The notes: generated from the letters alone by a model not told the origin. A stretch of DNA of 64,000 nucleotides from Clostridiales bacterium (GCA_015069415.1 SVIQ01000001.1:158709-222708), one strand, 5' to 3'. Positions 45,097 to 56,016 are shown, counted from the first letter of the stretch. A program made the numbers and translations.

Positions 45097-47259
45097 ATGA
45101 AAGTTATTAAAAGAAATGGAAAAGAAGATGAGTTCGTTCCATCAAAAATAGAACTAGCCGTTTCGAAAGCAAATCTTTCGGTAGACGACGAATCTTTAAG
45201 ACTTAGCGATGAGCAAATTAAAAGTATTGTATCTAATGTAGTCGCTAAATGTGAAAACATGAACAGAGCAGTTGGCGTAGAAGAAATTCAAGACTTGGTA
45301 GAGTTTGAAATTATGTCAAAAGGAGCTTATCTTGTTGCTAAGAATTACATTACATATAGATATAAACGTACTCTTGCCCGTCACGCAAACACAACAGACG
45401 CACAAATTTTAAGTTTAATTGATTGCACAAACGAAGAAGTTAAACAAGAAAATTCAAACAAAAATCCAGTTGTTAACAGCGTTCAACGTGATTATATCGC
45501 CGGAGAACTTAGCAAAGACTTAACTAAGAGAATTTTACTCCCTGAACACATTTGGAAAGCTCATGAAGAAGGACTAATTCATTTCCATGACGCCGACTAT
45601 TATGCACAGCGTATGCACAACTGCGACCTTGTTAACCTTGAGGACATGTTGCAAAATGGAACAGTTATTTCTGGAACAATGATTGAAAGACCAAAATCTT
45701 TTTCAACAGCATGTAACATTGCAACTCAGATTGTAGCTCAAGTTGCAAGTAACCAATATGGTGGACAAAGTATATCACTCGCTCACCTTGCCCCTTTTGT
45801 AGAGGATTCACGTAAGCGCTTTAGAAAAGAAGTTGAAGAACAACTCAAAGAATCTTGTGGTGAAGTTGATGAAGCACTCCTTCACAAATTCACTGAAGAA
45901 CGCGTAAGAAAAGAAATTGACAAAGGCGTTCAAACTATTCAATATCAAATCATTACACTTATGACAACTAATGGGCAAGCTCCTTTCTTGTCAGTATTTA
46001 TGTACTTAGGAGAAGCTAAAAACGAACGTGAACGTGAAGATTTAGCTATGATCATTGAAGAAACTTTAAAACAAAGATATATTGGTGTAAAAAATGAAAA
46101 AGGAGTTTACATTACTCCAGCATTCCCAAAACTTATTTACGTTCTTGAAGAAGACAACATTAGACCAGACAGCAAATATTATTACTTAACTGAACTTGCA
46201 GCTAAGTGTACAACTAAACGTCTTGTTCCAGACTATATCAGTGAAAAGAAAATGAAAGAATTGAAAGAAGGACACTGTTTCCCTGTTATGGGTTGTAGAA
46301 GTTGTCTTTCTCCTTGGTATGATGAAAATGGAAAAGCTAAATTCTATGGCAGATTTAACCAAGGTGTTGTAACAATCAACCTTCCAGACGTAGCCCTTTC
46401 TAGCGGTGGCGATATGAAAAAGTTCTGGCAAGTTATGGAAGAAAGATTATCATTATGCTTTGAAGCTATAATGTGTAGACATGAAAGACTAAAAGGAACA
46501 TTATCTGACGCAGCCCCTATTTTATGGCAACACGGAGCATGCGCAAGACTAAAACCAGGCGAAACCATTGACAAGTTATTATTCGGTGGATATTCATCAA
46601 TTTCACTTGGATACGCAGGACTTTACGAATGTGTTAAAGCTATGACCGGAAAATCTCACACAGATCCAGAAGCTACACCTTTTGCTTTAAAAGTAATGAA
46701 ATGCTTAAATGACCATATCGCAGAATGGAAAAAACAAACAAACATTGGATTTGCTCTTTACGGAACTCCGCTTGAGAGCACAACATATAAATTTGCTAAA
46801 TGTTTACAAAAACGTTTTGGAATTATCCCAGGCGTTACTGATAAAAATTACATTACAAACAGCTACCACGTACACGTTACAGAAGAAATCGACGCGTTTA
46901 CAAAACTTTCATTTGAAAGTAAATTCCAAGAATTGTCTACAGGTGGCGCTATCTCTTATGTAGAAGTTCCAAACATGCAAGACAACATTCCTGCCGTTCT
47001 TGAAGTAATCAACTTCATTTATGATAATATCATGTACGCAGAACTTAACACAAAATCAGACTTCTGTCACGTTTGTAGTTATGACGGCGAAATCCAAATT
47101 GAGGAAAAAGACAGCAAGCTAATTTGGAGATGCCCAAACTGCGGAAATGAAGACCAAACAAAAATGAACGTAGCAAGACGTACTTGTGGTTACATTGGAA
47201 GCCAATTCTGGAATCAAGGACGTACTCAAGAAATCAGAGATAGAGTACTACATTTATAA
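45097..47259 (+). CDS. nrdD: Anaerobic ribonucleoside-triphosphate reductase (class III)
   Basis: SD ggagggg precedes MKVIKRNGKEDEF (ATP-cone). A C-terminal Zn site CHVCSYDG...CPNCG and the glycyl-radical motif RRTCGYIG are present. Confidence 0.9.
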   Translation: MKVIKRNGKEDEFVPSKIELAVSKANLSVDDESLRLSDEQIKSIVSNVVAKCENMNRAVGVEEIQDLVEFEIMSKGAYLVAKNYITYRYKRTLARHANTTDAQILSLIDCTNEEVKQENSNKNPVVNSVQRDYIAGELSKDLTKRILLPEHIWKAHEEGLIHFHDADYYAQRMHNCDLVNLEDMLQNGTVISGTMIERPKSFSTACNIATQIVAQVASNQYGGQSISLAHLAPFVEDSRKRFRKEVEEQLKESCGEVDEALLHKFTEERVRKEIDKGVQTIQYQIITLMTTNGQAPFLSVFMYLGEAKNEREREDLAMIIEETLKQRYIGVKNEKGVYITPAFPKLIYVLEEDNIRPDSKYYYLTELAAKCTTKRLVPDYISEKKMKELKEGHCFPVMGCRSCLSPWYDENGKAKFYGRFNQGVVTINLPDVALSSGGDMKKFWQVMEERLSLCFEAIMCRHERLKGTLSDAAPILWQHGACARLKPGETIDKLLFGGYSSISLGYAGLYECVKAMTGKSHTDPEATPFALKVMKCLNDHIAEWKKQTNIGFALYGTPLESTTYKFAKCLQKRFGIIPGVTDKNYITNSYHVHVTEEIDAFTKLSFESKFQELSTGGAISYVEVPNMQDNIPAVLEVINFIYDNIMYAELNTKSDFCHVCSYDGEIQIEEKDSKLIWRCPNCGNEDQTKMNVARRTCGYIGSQFWNQGRTQEIRDRVLHL

Positions 47260-47267
47260 GGAAAACT

Positions 47268-47825
47268 ATGAACTACGCAAACATTAAAAACAACGATATC
47301 GCAAATGGAGAGGGAGTTAGAGTTTCCCTCTTCGTAAGCGGTTGCACTCACAGATGTAAAAACTGTTTTAACAAAATCGCATGGGATTTTAACTATGGAA
47401 ATCCTTTTGATGAAGAAGTTGAAAAGAAAATTATTAAAATGCTTGAACCTAATCACATTAAAGGATTAACTCTTCTCGGAGGAGAACCTATGGAACCAGC
47501 AAATCAATCTGCTCTTTTACCTTTTGTTAAAAAAGTAAAAGAAATTTATCCAAACAAAACTATTTGGTGCTACACCGGTTACTTATTCGATAAAGAACTT
47601 TTAAGTGAGAGCAGAGCTCATCTTCCGATTACAAAAGAATTACTAAGTTATTTTGACGTTTTAGTTGACGGAAAATTTGTTGAAGAATTAAAAGATATCA
47701 CTTTAAGATTTAAAGGCTCAAGTAATCAAAGAGTTATCGATGTACAAAAAAGTTTGCAAGAAAATACTGTAGTTTTTAGTAAATATAATGAGAAAAAACA
47801 TCAAGAATTCCACATTATTTATTAA
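47268..47825 (+). CDS. nrdG: Anaerobic RNR activating protein (radical SAM)
   Basis: GCTHRCKNCFN (CxxxCxxC), directly downstream of nrdD. Confidence 0.9.
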   Translation: MNYANIKNNDIANGEGVRVSLFVSGCTHRCKNCFNKIAWDFNYGNPFDEEVEKKIIKMLEPNHIKGLTLLGGEPMEPANQSALLPFVKKVKEIYPNKTIWCYTGYLFDKELLSESRAHLPITKELLSYFDVLVDGKFVEELKDITLRFKGSSNQRVIDVQKSLQENTVVFSKYNEKKHQEFHIIY

Positions 47826-47965
47826 TTTTGTGGATTTTTTTATTTTAATATTGCAATTTTCTATTTTTATGCTATAATATATTTATTAAAATAATTAAAA
47901 TATTAATTAATATTATTAAAAAAATTAAAAAATATGCTTATTTTAAGCAGTTTTAAGGAAAATTT

Positions 47966-48127
47966 ATGGCAAAAATTAAAATATTAAAAAAATTACCAAA
48001 ATCAAAAATAAAATATAAAAAAAATGAAAAAATAAAAAAACAAACGCAAAAAGAAGACAAATTTAAAGATAATTATTTAAAATTTTATGACGACATTAAA
48101 ATTCCTTCAAGACGTTATGATTGGTAA
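47966..48127 (+). CDS. Possible small lysine-rich protein (53 aa)
   Basis: SD aagga lies 6 nt upstream of the ATG. The ORF reads MAKIKILKKLPKSKIKYKKNEKIKKQTQKEDKFKDNYLKFYDDIKIPSRRYDW. It is absent from the ORF track because it is under 60 aa. The composition is close to the AT-rich background. Confidence 0.3.
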   Translation: MAKIKILKKLPKSKIKYKKNEKIKKQTQKEDKFKDNYLKFYDDIKIPSRRYDW

Positions 48128-48141
48128 TAAAAAAATCTCGA

Positions 48142-48972
48142 TTAATTTCGAGATTTTTTATTTGTTTTCTTTATCAAATTAATTACAAGGACAACAACTG
48201 AAACAGTTAAACTTACGCCAATAATAGCCAGCAAACAGTTGCCCGGTTCAGCAACTAGATAATAACGTTCTATTTTTTCATTTAAATTGTTATCATCTAC
48301 TTTCCATGTGTGAAAATAATAATCGCCTTGCTTTACAACTTCATCAGCGTTGCTGTGTTCTCTCCTTAATTCTGTTCTGTATGTGTAAAACAATTTCTTA
48401 TTTAAACTGTCCTTTAACTCTGGATATTTATTTTTAAATTCTGTACTTATATCCTTATAAAATTCGCCATAAACGGCATATTTTGTAATGCTCTTATAAA
48501 TTATTTTAGTATAGAAGAAATGTTCCTCTTTAATAGGCTCGGACTTAACTGAATCATCTATTCCATAAAAGAATTTGTAAACATTGTAATTTTTAAATCT
48601 AATACCACATGTAAAAGTTGATTCTTCCCACACTCCTTCGAGCGCCGAAATCCCGTTTAAATACGAATTTAATTTAGAATCATAAACCAAACCACGGTCA
48701 ACTAACTCTTTTTCAATCTTTGCATTTAAAATATCATTTAATTGAACAGATGTTTTACGAGCCATGTCTTCAATATTGTCAGTCAATTCGTTTTTATCTA
48801 CTCCAGCTTGAGATATTTCCTCATCATTAAGAGTTATAGTAACAATTTCATCAATTGTCCCGTCCGAATTATCAATTGTCATCATGCGAACTTCGGCACA
48901 AGCGCAGAAAGTGATAGTTACCACGAAAAGTAACAAAATCATCATCAAACGTTTAATGCCAAATTTCATCAT
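48142..48972 (-). CDS. Membrane protein with N-terminal signal and C-terminal TM anchor, unknown function
   Basis: N-terminal MILLLFVVTITFCACA and a C-terminal LLAIIGVSLTVSVVVLVINLI followed by basic residues. Confidence 0.55.
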   Translation of the reverse strand: MMKFGIKRLMMILLLFVVTITFCACAEVRMMTIDNSDGTIDEIVTITLNDEEISQAGVDKNELTDNIEDMARKTSVQLNDILNAKIEKELVDRGLVYDSKLNSYLNGISALEGVWEESTFTCGIRFKNYNVYKFFYGIDDSVKSEPIKEEHFFYTKIIYKSITKYAVYGEFYKDISTEFKNKYPELKDSLNKKLFYTYRTELRREHSNADEVVKQGDYYFHTWKVDDNNLNEKIERYYLVAEPGNCLLAIIGVSLTVSVVVLVINLIKKTNKKSRN

Positions 48973-48978
48973 AATATA

Positions 48979-51489
48979 TTATTCTTGATTTTCCTCTTTA
49001 TTCTCAGTTTCTACGGTATTTTCACCCTCAGCAATTTCATCTTCAGCTCTTTCAATGATAGCAACACTTACAACTTTGTCTTGCGCACTTACTTTCATAA
49101 GTCTTACACCCATACTTCCTCTTCCTACAAGGTTAATTGTGTCCGCATGAGTTCTAATCATAACGCCATCAGCAGAAATTGCTAAAATATCCTTGTCGTT
49201 AAGAACTGGCATCATTGTTACAACTTTTCCAGTTTTGTCTGTAAAGTTACCGGCCTTAATACCTTTACCACGACGACCTTGAACACGATAATCGTCAATA
49301 TGAGTACGTTTAGCATAACCTTTTTCAGTTACTGTTAAAAGTTCCATATCTGGTTCAACCTTAATCATGTCAACGATGTTTTCACCGTCCTCAATTTTCA
49401 TACCTTTAACACCTTGAGAACCACGTCCAACAAGTCTAATAGTTTTTTCGCTAAATCTCAAACATTTTCCGTTGTCACTAGCAACCATCAACTCATCATC
49501 TTCTTTAACAATACATGCTCCGATAAGAACGTCATCATCAATAAGTTTTAAAGCAATTTTACCATTCTTTCTAACATTATCAAATTCGCTAAGTCTTGTT
49601 TTCTTAATTTGACCGTTCTTTGTTGCCATTACCAGATAAGCATTTTCTTCATCAACGTAAGGTACAATTGTGTTAATCTTTTCTTCTCCTTCAAGAGGAA
49701 GTAAATTAACCAATGCTCTACCTTTGTTTTGTCTTCCAGCCTCTGGAATCATATACGCTTTTAACACATACACTTTACCTGTACTACTAAAGAACATCAA
49801 CTTATCGTGACTGTTTACTACAAACATATCTGTCAAATAGTCTTCTTCTTTAGTTTTGTGAGCGTTAACTCCACGTCCGCCTCTGTTTTGAGAACGATAC
49901 TCGCTTACAGGAAGACGTTTAATATATCCTTGACTAGTGAGTGAAATAACAACATCATGGCGTTCAATCAAATCTTCAATGTCAATATCATCATAATTTT
50001 GAATTATTTCTGTTTTTCTTGGAGTTGGATACTTAGCCTTAATTTCAAGAAGTTCGTTTTTAATAATTTCATCAACTTTTTCTTTGTCTGACAATATTTC
50101 TTTCAAGTGTTTAACCAAAAGTTCCAATTCTTTTAATTCGTCTTTTAATTTTGCAATTTCAAGACCAGTTAATCTACTTAACTTCATTTCAAGAATAGCG
50201 TTTGCTTGTCTTTCAGTCAAATCATATTGTTGCATTAAGTTTGCCAAAGCTACTTGTTTGTCGCTACTTTCTTTAATTGTCTTAATTACTGCATCAATAT
50301 TATTTACAGCAACAACTAATCCTTCTAAAATATGAGCGCGTTCTTCAGCCTTCATTAAATCATATTTTGTACGTCTTGTGATAATTTCGCGTTGGAATTG
50401 AAGATAATGGAAAATCATTTCTTGTAAATTCAAAACCTTAGGTTCTCCATTAGCCAATGCAAGCATAATTATTCCTGAAGACATTTGAAGTTGTGTTTGT
50501 TTGTAAAGATGATTTAAAACTACTTGCGGATTTGCATCTCGTCTTAATTCGATTACAATTCTCATTCCGCCACGACCAGAAGATTGATCGCCCACATACG
50601 TAATTCCATCTATCTTTTTCTCTTTAACCAGTGTTGCAATTTGCTTAACTAATTTTGCCTTATTTACTTGATAAGGAATTGCAGTAACAATAATTCTCCA
50701 ACGTTTTCCATCATCAAAACTTTCAAAGTCTGTTTTGGCACGCATTACCACGCCACCGTGTCCAGTTCTATAAGCTTCACGAATAGCATTGTTTGCTAAA
50801 ATTTCTCCACCGGTTGGGAAATCTGGAGCAGGAATATATTCCATTATTTCATCAATTGTAATGCTAGGATTGTCTATCATAGCAACAACTGCGTTGATAA
50901 CTTCATTTAAATTATGCGGAGGGATATTTGTAGCCATACCTACAGCAATACCATCACTACCGTTTACGAGCAAGTTAGGGAAACGGCTAGGAAGAACTTT
51001 AGGCTCCATTAAAGAAGCATCAAAGTTTGGTATAAAGTCAACAGTGTCTTTGTTTATATCTCTTAAAAGTTCGTTGGCAATTTTGCTCATTCTTGCTTCT
51101 GTATAACGATACGCAGCAGCTTCATCACCATCGACAGAACCGAAGTTTCCGTGACCATCTACTAAAGGCTCGTTAATAGTAAAGTTTTGAGCAAGACGAA
51201 CTAAAGCATCGTAAACAGAACTATCTCCATGTGGGTGATATGATCCCAACACGTCACCGACGATTTTCGCACATTTTCTAAAAGGTTTGTCGCTTGTTAA
51301 ACCCTTTTCATGCATTGAGTACATTATACGTCTGTGAACAGGTTTAAGTCCATCTCTTACATCTGGAATAGCACGCGAAACATTAACCGCCATAGCGTAA
51401 GCTATGAAAGATTCTTTCATTTCGTGTTCTATGTCTATGTCTATATAATGGGTGTTGTCTATTTTTTCAAAAATTGTTTTATCTTTCAT
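48979..51489 (-). CDS. gyrA: DNA gyrase subunit A
   Basis: AIPDVRDGLKPVHRRIMY, HPHGDSSVYDALVRLAQ, and the active-site region AAAYRYTEARM. Confidence 0.95.
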   Translation of the reverse strand: MKDKTIFEKIDNTHYIDIDIEHEMKESFIAYAMAVNVSRAIPDVRDGLKPVHRRIMYSMHEKGLTSDKPFRKCAKIVGDVLGSYHPHGDSSVYDALVRLAQNFTINEPLVDGHGNFGSVDGDEAAAYRYTEARMSKIANELLRDINKDTVDFIPNFDASLMEPKVLPSRFPNLLVNGSDGIAVGMATNIPPHNLNEVINAVVAMIDNPSITIDEIMEYIPAPDFPTGGEILANNAIREAYRTGHGGVVMRAKTDFESFDDGKRWRIIVTAIPYQVNKAKLVKQIATLVKEKKIDGITYVGDQSSGRGGMRIVIELRRDANPQVVLNHLYKQTQLQMSSGIIMLALANGEPKVLNLQEMIFHYLQFQREIITRRTKYDLMKAEERAHILEGLVVAVNNIDAVIKTIKESSDKQVALANLMQQYDLTERQANAILEMKLSRLTGLEIAKLKDELKELELLVKHLKEILSDKEKVDEIIKNELLEIKAKYPTPRKTEIIQNYDDIDIEDLIERHDVVISLTSQGYIKRLPVSEYRSQNRGGRGVNAHKTKEEDYLTDMFVVNSHDKLMFFSSTGKVYVLKAYMIPEAGRQNKGRALVNLLPLEGEEKINTIVPYVDEENAYLVMATKNGQIKKTRLSEFDNVRKNGKIALKLIDDDVLIGACIVKEDDELMVASDNGKCLRFSEKTIRLVGRGSQGVKGMKIEDGENIVDMIKVEPDMELLTVTEKGYAKRTHIDDYRVQGRRGKGIKAGNFTDKTGKVVTMMPVLNDKDILAISADGVMIRTHADTINLVGRGSMGVRLMKVSAQDKVVSVAIIERAEDEIAEGENTVETENKEENQE

Positions 51490-51498
51490 AGTTTACTC

Positions 51499-53457
51499 CT
51501 AAACGTCAAGGTTCTTAACCAAGTTGGCATTCTTCTCAATGAATTCACGACGAGCTTCAGGTCTATCTCCCATAAGAGTGTCGAAAATTTCATTTGCTGT
51601 AATACCATCTTTTAGCGTTACCTTCTTTAAAGTTCTGGATTCTGGATTCATAGTAGTTTCCCACAATTGATCATCATCCATTTCTCCAAGTCCTTTGTAA
51701 CGTTGAATGCTTGAGATTTGACCAAGTTGTTCTAACCCTCTTTCTTTTTCTTCTTCTGTGTAGTAGTAATAAGTTTGTTTACCCTTTTCAACCTTGTAAA
51801 GAGGAGGTTGTGCAATATACACGTGACCGGTTTCAATGACAGGTCTCATGTATCTGAAGAAGAATGTAAGCATTAATATTGCAATGTGACTACCGTCAAC
51901 GTCGGCATCTGTCATAATGATAATTTTGTCATAACGAAGTTTGTCTGGATCGCAATTTTCATGAATACCGCAACCAAGAGCAGTAATCATCATATTTATT
52001 TCTTGGTTTTCAAGCGCTCTAGCAAGACGAACTTTTTCAACGTTCAAAATTTTTCCTCTTAGAGGCAAAATCGCTTGGTAATTTCTGTCTCTACCTTGTT
52101 TTGCAGTACCGCCCGCTGAGTTTCCTTCGACAATGAAGATTTCACAAATGCTAGCATCTCTACTTGAACAATCGGCAAATTTATCAGGCATACTCATAGA
52201 ATCAGTAGCCGTCTTTCTTCTTGTTTCTTCTCTTGCGTTACGTGCTGCCTCTCTTGCCTTTTGAGACAAAGTACATTTATCAATCAATTCTTTAGCTTCT
52301 TTTGGATGTTCTTCCAAATAATCTTTGAAGTACTCTTCCATTGCCTTGGCTGTAAATCCCTTGATTTCATCTGTTCCAAGTTTTGTTTTTGTTTGACCCT
52401 CAAATTGAGGTTCTTCAACTTTAACTGAAATTACGGCAACAATACCTTCACGAGTGTCTTCACCGCTAAGCTTGTTCTTTTCCTTAATGAGATTGTTGTT
52501 CATTGCATACTCATTAATGATTTTCATTAAGCTATTTTTAAATCCTTCAACGTGTTTACCACCTTCTTCTGTGTTAATGTTGTTACAATAACTGTGAAGA
52601 TTTTCGTTGTACGCGTCAATATATTGGAAACTAAATTCTATTTCACAAGTTGCAGGAACAGAATTTCCATTTTCATCTTTACGATTGTAATGATAAATCT
52701 TGTCTACATAAATTGGGTCTGGGAAAATCTTTTGTTTGTTTTCAGTAAGGTCTGCAACAAATTCTTGAATTCCTCCCATAAATTGGAAAAGATTTTCTTG
52801 TTCTCTGTCAATTCTTTCATCTTTTAGATTAATTCTAAGTCCTTTGTTAAGGAAAGCAATTTCTCTAAGTCTTGCTTTTAAAACGTCGTAATTAAATTCA
52901 GTGATTGGGAAAATTTCTTTGTCTGGCAAGAAAGTAACCATTGTTCCAGTGCTCTTTTCATCTACCGTACCAATTACAGCAAGTCTTGCTTCAGGTACTC
53001 CTCTATGGTAAACTTGATGATAATGATTTCCGTTTTGGAAGATGTCCAAAATCAAATTTTCACTAAGAGCGTTAACTACTGACAAACCAACCCCGTGAAG
53101 ACCTCCGGAGATTTTATATCCCCCGCCTCCAAACTTTCCACCGGCATGAAGTTTCGTTAAAACTAATTCAGCAGCGCTAATCCCTTCTTTTTCATGAATA
53201 CCTGTTGGAATTCCACGTCCATTATCTTTAACACTAACAGATCCGTCTGGATGAATTATAATAGAAATTTCATTACAGTATCCAGCAAGAGCCTCATCAA
53301 TAGAGTTGTCAACAATTTCTGTTACAAGGTGATGAAGTCCTCTTTCATCTGTTGAGCCGATATACATACCGGGACGTTTTCTAACTGGTTCAAGTCCTTC
53401 TAACACTTGAATTGCACTTGCACTATAATCTTGTGTTACTTTCAAATCGTCTGTCAT
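51499..53457 (-). CDS. gyrB: DNA gyrase subunit B
   Basis: VLEGLEPVRKRPGMYIGS, GGLHGVGLSVVNALS, EGNSAGG and PLRGKILNVEK motifs. Confidence 0.95.
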   Translation of the reverse strand: MTDDLKVTQDYSASAIQVLEGLEPVRKRPGMYIGSTDERGLHHLVTEIVDNSIDEALAGYCNEISIIIHPDGSVSVKDNGRGIPTGIHEKEGISAAELVLTKLHAGGKFGGGGYKISGGLHGVGLSVVNALSENLILDIFQNGNHYHQVYHRGVPEARLAVIGTVDEKSTGTMVTFLPDKEIFPITEFNYDVLKARLREIAFLNKGLRINLKDERIDREQENLFQFMGGIQEFVADLTENKQKIFPDPIYVDKIYHYNRKDENGNSVPATCEIEFSFQYIDAYNENLHSYCNNINTEEGGKHVEGFKNSLMKIINEYAMNNNLIKEKNKLSGEDTREGIVAVISVKVEEPQFEGQTKTKLGTDEIKGFTAKAMEEYFKDYLEEHPKEAKELIDKCTLSQKAREAARNAREETRRKTATDSMSMPDKFADCSSRDASICEIFIVEGNSAGGTAKQGRDRNYQAILPLRGKILNVEKVRLARALENQEINMMITALGCGIHENCDPDKLRYDKIIIMTDADVDGSHIAILMLTFFFRYMRPVIETGHVYIAQPPLYKVEKGKQTYYYYTEEEKERGLEQLGQISSIQRYKGLGEMDDDQLWETTMNPESRTLKKVTLKDGITANEIFDTLMGDRPEARREFIEKNANLVKNLDV

Positions 53458-53643
53458 AAATTCTCCTTGAAATTATAAAATTTTTGTCTTATCCTGTAAA
53501 TTTTATATTATATATAAATATATAATATAAGTATACCAAAAAGAAAGAAAAAAAACAAGTGTTTCTAAAATAAAAACACTTGAATTTACAATCATTTTTA
53601 GATAATAATTGACATTATACTACGCTTATAATATAATAAAAAT

Positions 53644-53970
53644 ATGAAAAATAAAACAAAGTACAATTTAAGCATTATTATGCTCGCATTTTCAATCATT
53701 TTGTTCGTTGCTAGTATAATACTAACTTCTTATTTTCATCAACATTGGTGGACAATCTTAATTAGTTCATTGCTTTTTATTACGTCTATTGTCTTGACTT
53801 TTTACTTTTACATAAGGTTCACAGAATTCAAATGTTCTAAATGTGACACAACTTTTAAACCTAAAGCAGTAAGCGTTATATTTTCAATTCACACTATCTC
53901 ACACAGACTTTTCAGATGTCCAGAATGCCATAAGTTTTCATGGTGTGAAGATAAATTTATAGATGACTAA
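53644..53970 (+). CDS. Small membrane protein with C-terminal zinc-ribbon
   Basis: Two TM helices followed by CSKCDTTF...CPECHKF. Confidence 0.55.
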   Translation: MKNKTKYNLSIIMLAFSIILFVASIILTSYFHQHWWTILISSLLFITSIVLTFYFYIRFTEFKCSKCDTTFKPKAVSVIFSIHTISHRLFRCPECHKFSWCEDKFIDD

Positions 53971-53996
53971 AAAACACTTCAAAAATGAAGTGTTTT
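53971..53996. terminator. Bidirectional terminator
   Basis: aaaacacttca-aaaa-tgaagtgtttt, between the convergent 53644 gene and metG. Confidence 0.7.
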
Positions 53997-54001
53997 TATT
54001 T

Positions 54002-56005
54002 TTATGAAATGTTACTTCCGTCTGCAATAATATCCTTTTCTGGAGACAACAATGAAATGTTTCCAATCTCGTCTTCAGCGCAAATTATCATTCCTTCACT
54101 CATAAATCCTTTCATTTCTCTTGGAGGAAGATTTGTAACTACCACAACCTTCTTTCCGATCATTTGTTCAGGAGTGTATGATTTTGCAATACCACTAAGA
54201 ATTGATAATGTTTTAGTTCCAACCTTTACAGTTGAATGTAAAAGTTTAGATTTTGGAACAGCTTCACAATCAACCACCAAACCAACTTTTAATTGAATTT
54301 TTGCAAAGTCATCAATTGTTATAGGTTCCATTTCTTTAAATTCAATAGCTGGAGCATTTTCAGCAATTTGTTTTGCTTGAATTTCGTCAATTTTTGGTTG
54401 GATGTCAACCATACGAATTCTTTCAAACAAGATTTGAGGATTATTTGTAACATTAAATTCACTTAATAATCCAAACTCAGCAATTTCTTCAAATTCTCTT
54501 GCTTTTACATTTAATTCTTTGAAAATTTTGTTTGCAGTTTCTGGCATAAATGGAACAAGTAAATTAGCTCCAATATTAATGCACTCTAAAAGATTAAACA
54601 ACACTGTTGACAATCTTTCTTTTTTACTTTCATCCTTGTTTAAATTCCATGGCTCTGTTTCATCAATATATTTGTTCGCACGTCTAAACAATGTCCAAAG
54701 TTCTTCAAGTGCGTCTGCAATTTTGTATTCATTTACTTTATTAAGAACTTTATCTTTAATGTTAGATGCAATTTCAATTAACTCTTTATCTACGTCTTCA
54801 TGAACGTTGTAATTTACGATTTTTCCCCCGAAATATTGATTACTCATTCCAAGAGTACGTTTTACAAGGTTTCCTAAAATATTACTTAAATCTGTGTTGT
54901 TTCTTTCTGTAACAAGGTCCCAAGTAATTGTTCCATCTGTTGCATAAGGCATTTCTCTCAACACATAATATCTAACACTGTCAACACCAAAAATACCCGC
55001 TAAATCATCAGCATACAAAACATTACCTCTAGACTTACTCATTTTTTCACCACCTTGAAGAAGCCAAGGATGTCCTAGAACTTGTTTTGGTAATGGTTCA
55101 CCTAAAGCCATTAAGAATATTGGCCAATAAATTGTGTGGAAACGAACAATGTCTTTACCCACAACATGAACGTTTGCTGGCCACAATTTTTTGTATAAAT
55201 CACTAGGATTTTCAGTGTCGTAACCGATTCCTGTAATGTAGTTATTCAATGCGTCAAGCCAAACGTATGTTACATGTTTAGGATCAAAATCCACAGGAAT
55301 TCCCCATTTGAAAGTTGTTCTACTTACACATAAATCTTGTAACTTAGTTTTAAGAGTTCCATTTTCGATAGCTTTTAAAATTTCTTCATCGCTCTTTCCC
55401 ACGAACTCATCGTCAAGCAAGAAATTATTCATCATTTCATTTTTTCTTGAAACAGGTTGAATGAATTCAGGATTTTCAATGATATGCTTAATCAATTGAT
55501 TAACATAATTGCTCATCTTGAAGAAATAAGCTTCTTCTTTACTTGGCTGAACATCTCTACCACAATCTGGGCATTTCCCGTCTACCAACTGACTTTCAGT
55601 CCAGAAACTTTCACAAGGAGTGCAGTACATTCCCTCGTAATATCCTTTGTAAATATCGCCTTGTTCATAAAACTTCTTGAAAATCTTTTGAACGCATTTT
55701 TCATGATCTTCGTCTGTTGTACGAATGAACTTATCATAAGAAATATTCATAGAATCAAAAAGATTCTTTATCATTCCAGCAACATCGTCCACAAAAGCTT
55801 TAGGAGTTACTCCTTTTTCTTCCGCTTTCATCTCAATTTTTTGACCGTGTTCATCAGTTCCCGTCATAAAGAAAACATCATAACCTTGCATTCGTTTTGC
55901 TCTCGCAATAGCATCGGCAAAAATAATCTCATAAGTATTTCCAATATGAGGTTTGCCAGAAGTATAGGCAATCGCTGTAGTTATATAAAATTTTTCTTTA
56001 TCCAT
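54002..56005 (-). CDS. metG: Methionyl-tRNA synthetase with C-terminal tRNA-binding domain
   Basis: AYTSGKPHIGNTYE (HIGH), KMSKSRGN (KMSKS), the Zn knuckle CTPCESF...CPDCG, and a C-terminal Trbp111-like domain. Confidence 0.95.
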   Translation of the reverse strand: MDKEKFYITTAIAYTSGKPHIGNTYEIIFADAIARAKRMQGYDVFFMTGTDEHGQKIEMKAEEKGVTPKAFVDDVAGMIKNLFDSMNISYDKFIRTTDEDHEKCVQKIFKKFYEQGDIYKGYYEGMYCTPCESFWTESQLVDGKCPDCGRDVQPSKEEAYFFKMSNYVNQLIKHIIENPEFIQPVSRKNEMMNNFLLDDEFVGKSDEEILKAIENGTLKTKLQDLCVSRTTFKWGIPVDFDPKHVTYVWLDALNNYITGIGYDTENPSDLYKKLWPANVHVVGKDIVRFHTIYWPIFLMALGEPLPKQVLGHPWLLQGGEKMSKSRGNVLYADDLAGIFGVDSVRYYVLREMPYATDGTITWDLVTERNNTDLSNILGNLVKRTLGMSNQYFGGKIVNYNVHEDVDKELIEIASNIKDKVLNKVNEYKIADALEELWTLFRRANKYIDETEPWNLNKDESKKERLSTVLFNLLECINIGANLLVPFMPETANKIFKELNVKAREFEEIAEFGLLSEFNVTNNPQILFERIRMVDIQPKIDEIQAKQIAENAPAIEFKEMEPITIDDFAKIQLKVGLVVDCEAVPKSKLLHSTVKVGTKTLSILSGIAKSYTPEQMIGKKVVVVTNLPPREMKGFMSEGMIICAEDEIGNISLLSPEKDIIADGSNIS

Positions 56006-56016
56006 GATTTTCTCCT

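Noticed and set aside
44967-45260. 97-aa minus-strand ORF
   Set aside because: It overlaps the nrdD 5' end antisense and the crp-nrdD intergenic region. The nrdD ATP-cone frame is clearly the real one.
47899-47914. 16-nt perfect palindrome aatattaattaatatt as an operator
   Set aside because: It is made only of A and T in an extremely AT-rich spacer, so it is plausibly a chance low-complexity palindrome. It is mentioned only within the spacer finding.
53458-53643. Replication origin upstream of gyrB
   Set aside because: There is no dnaA or dnaN gene and I saw no cluster of TTATCCACA-like DnaA boxes. The region contains promoters and a hairpin only.
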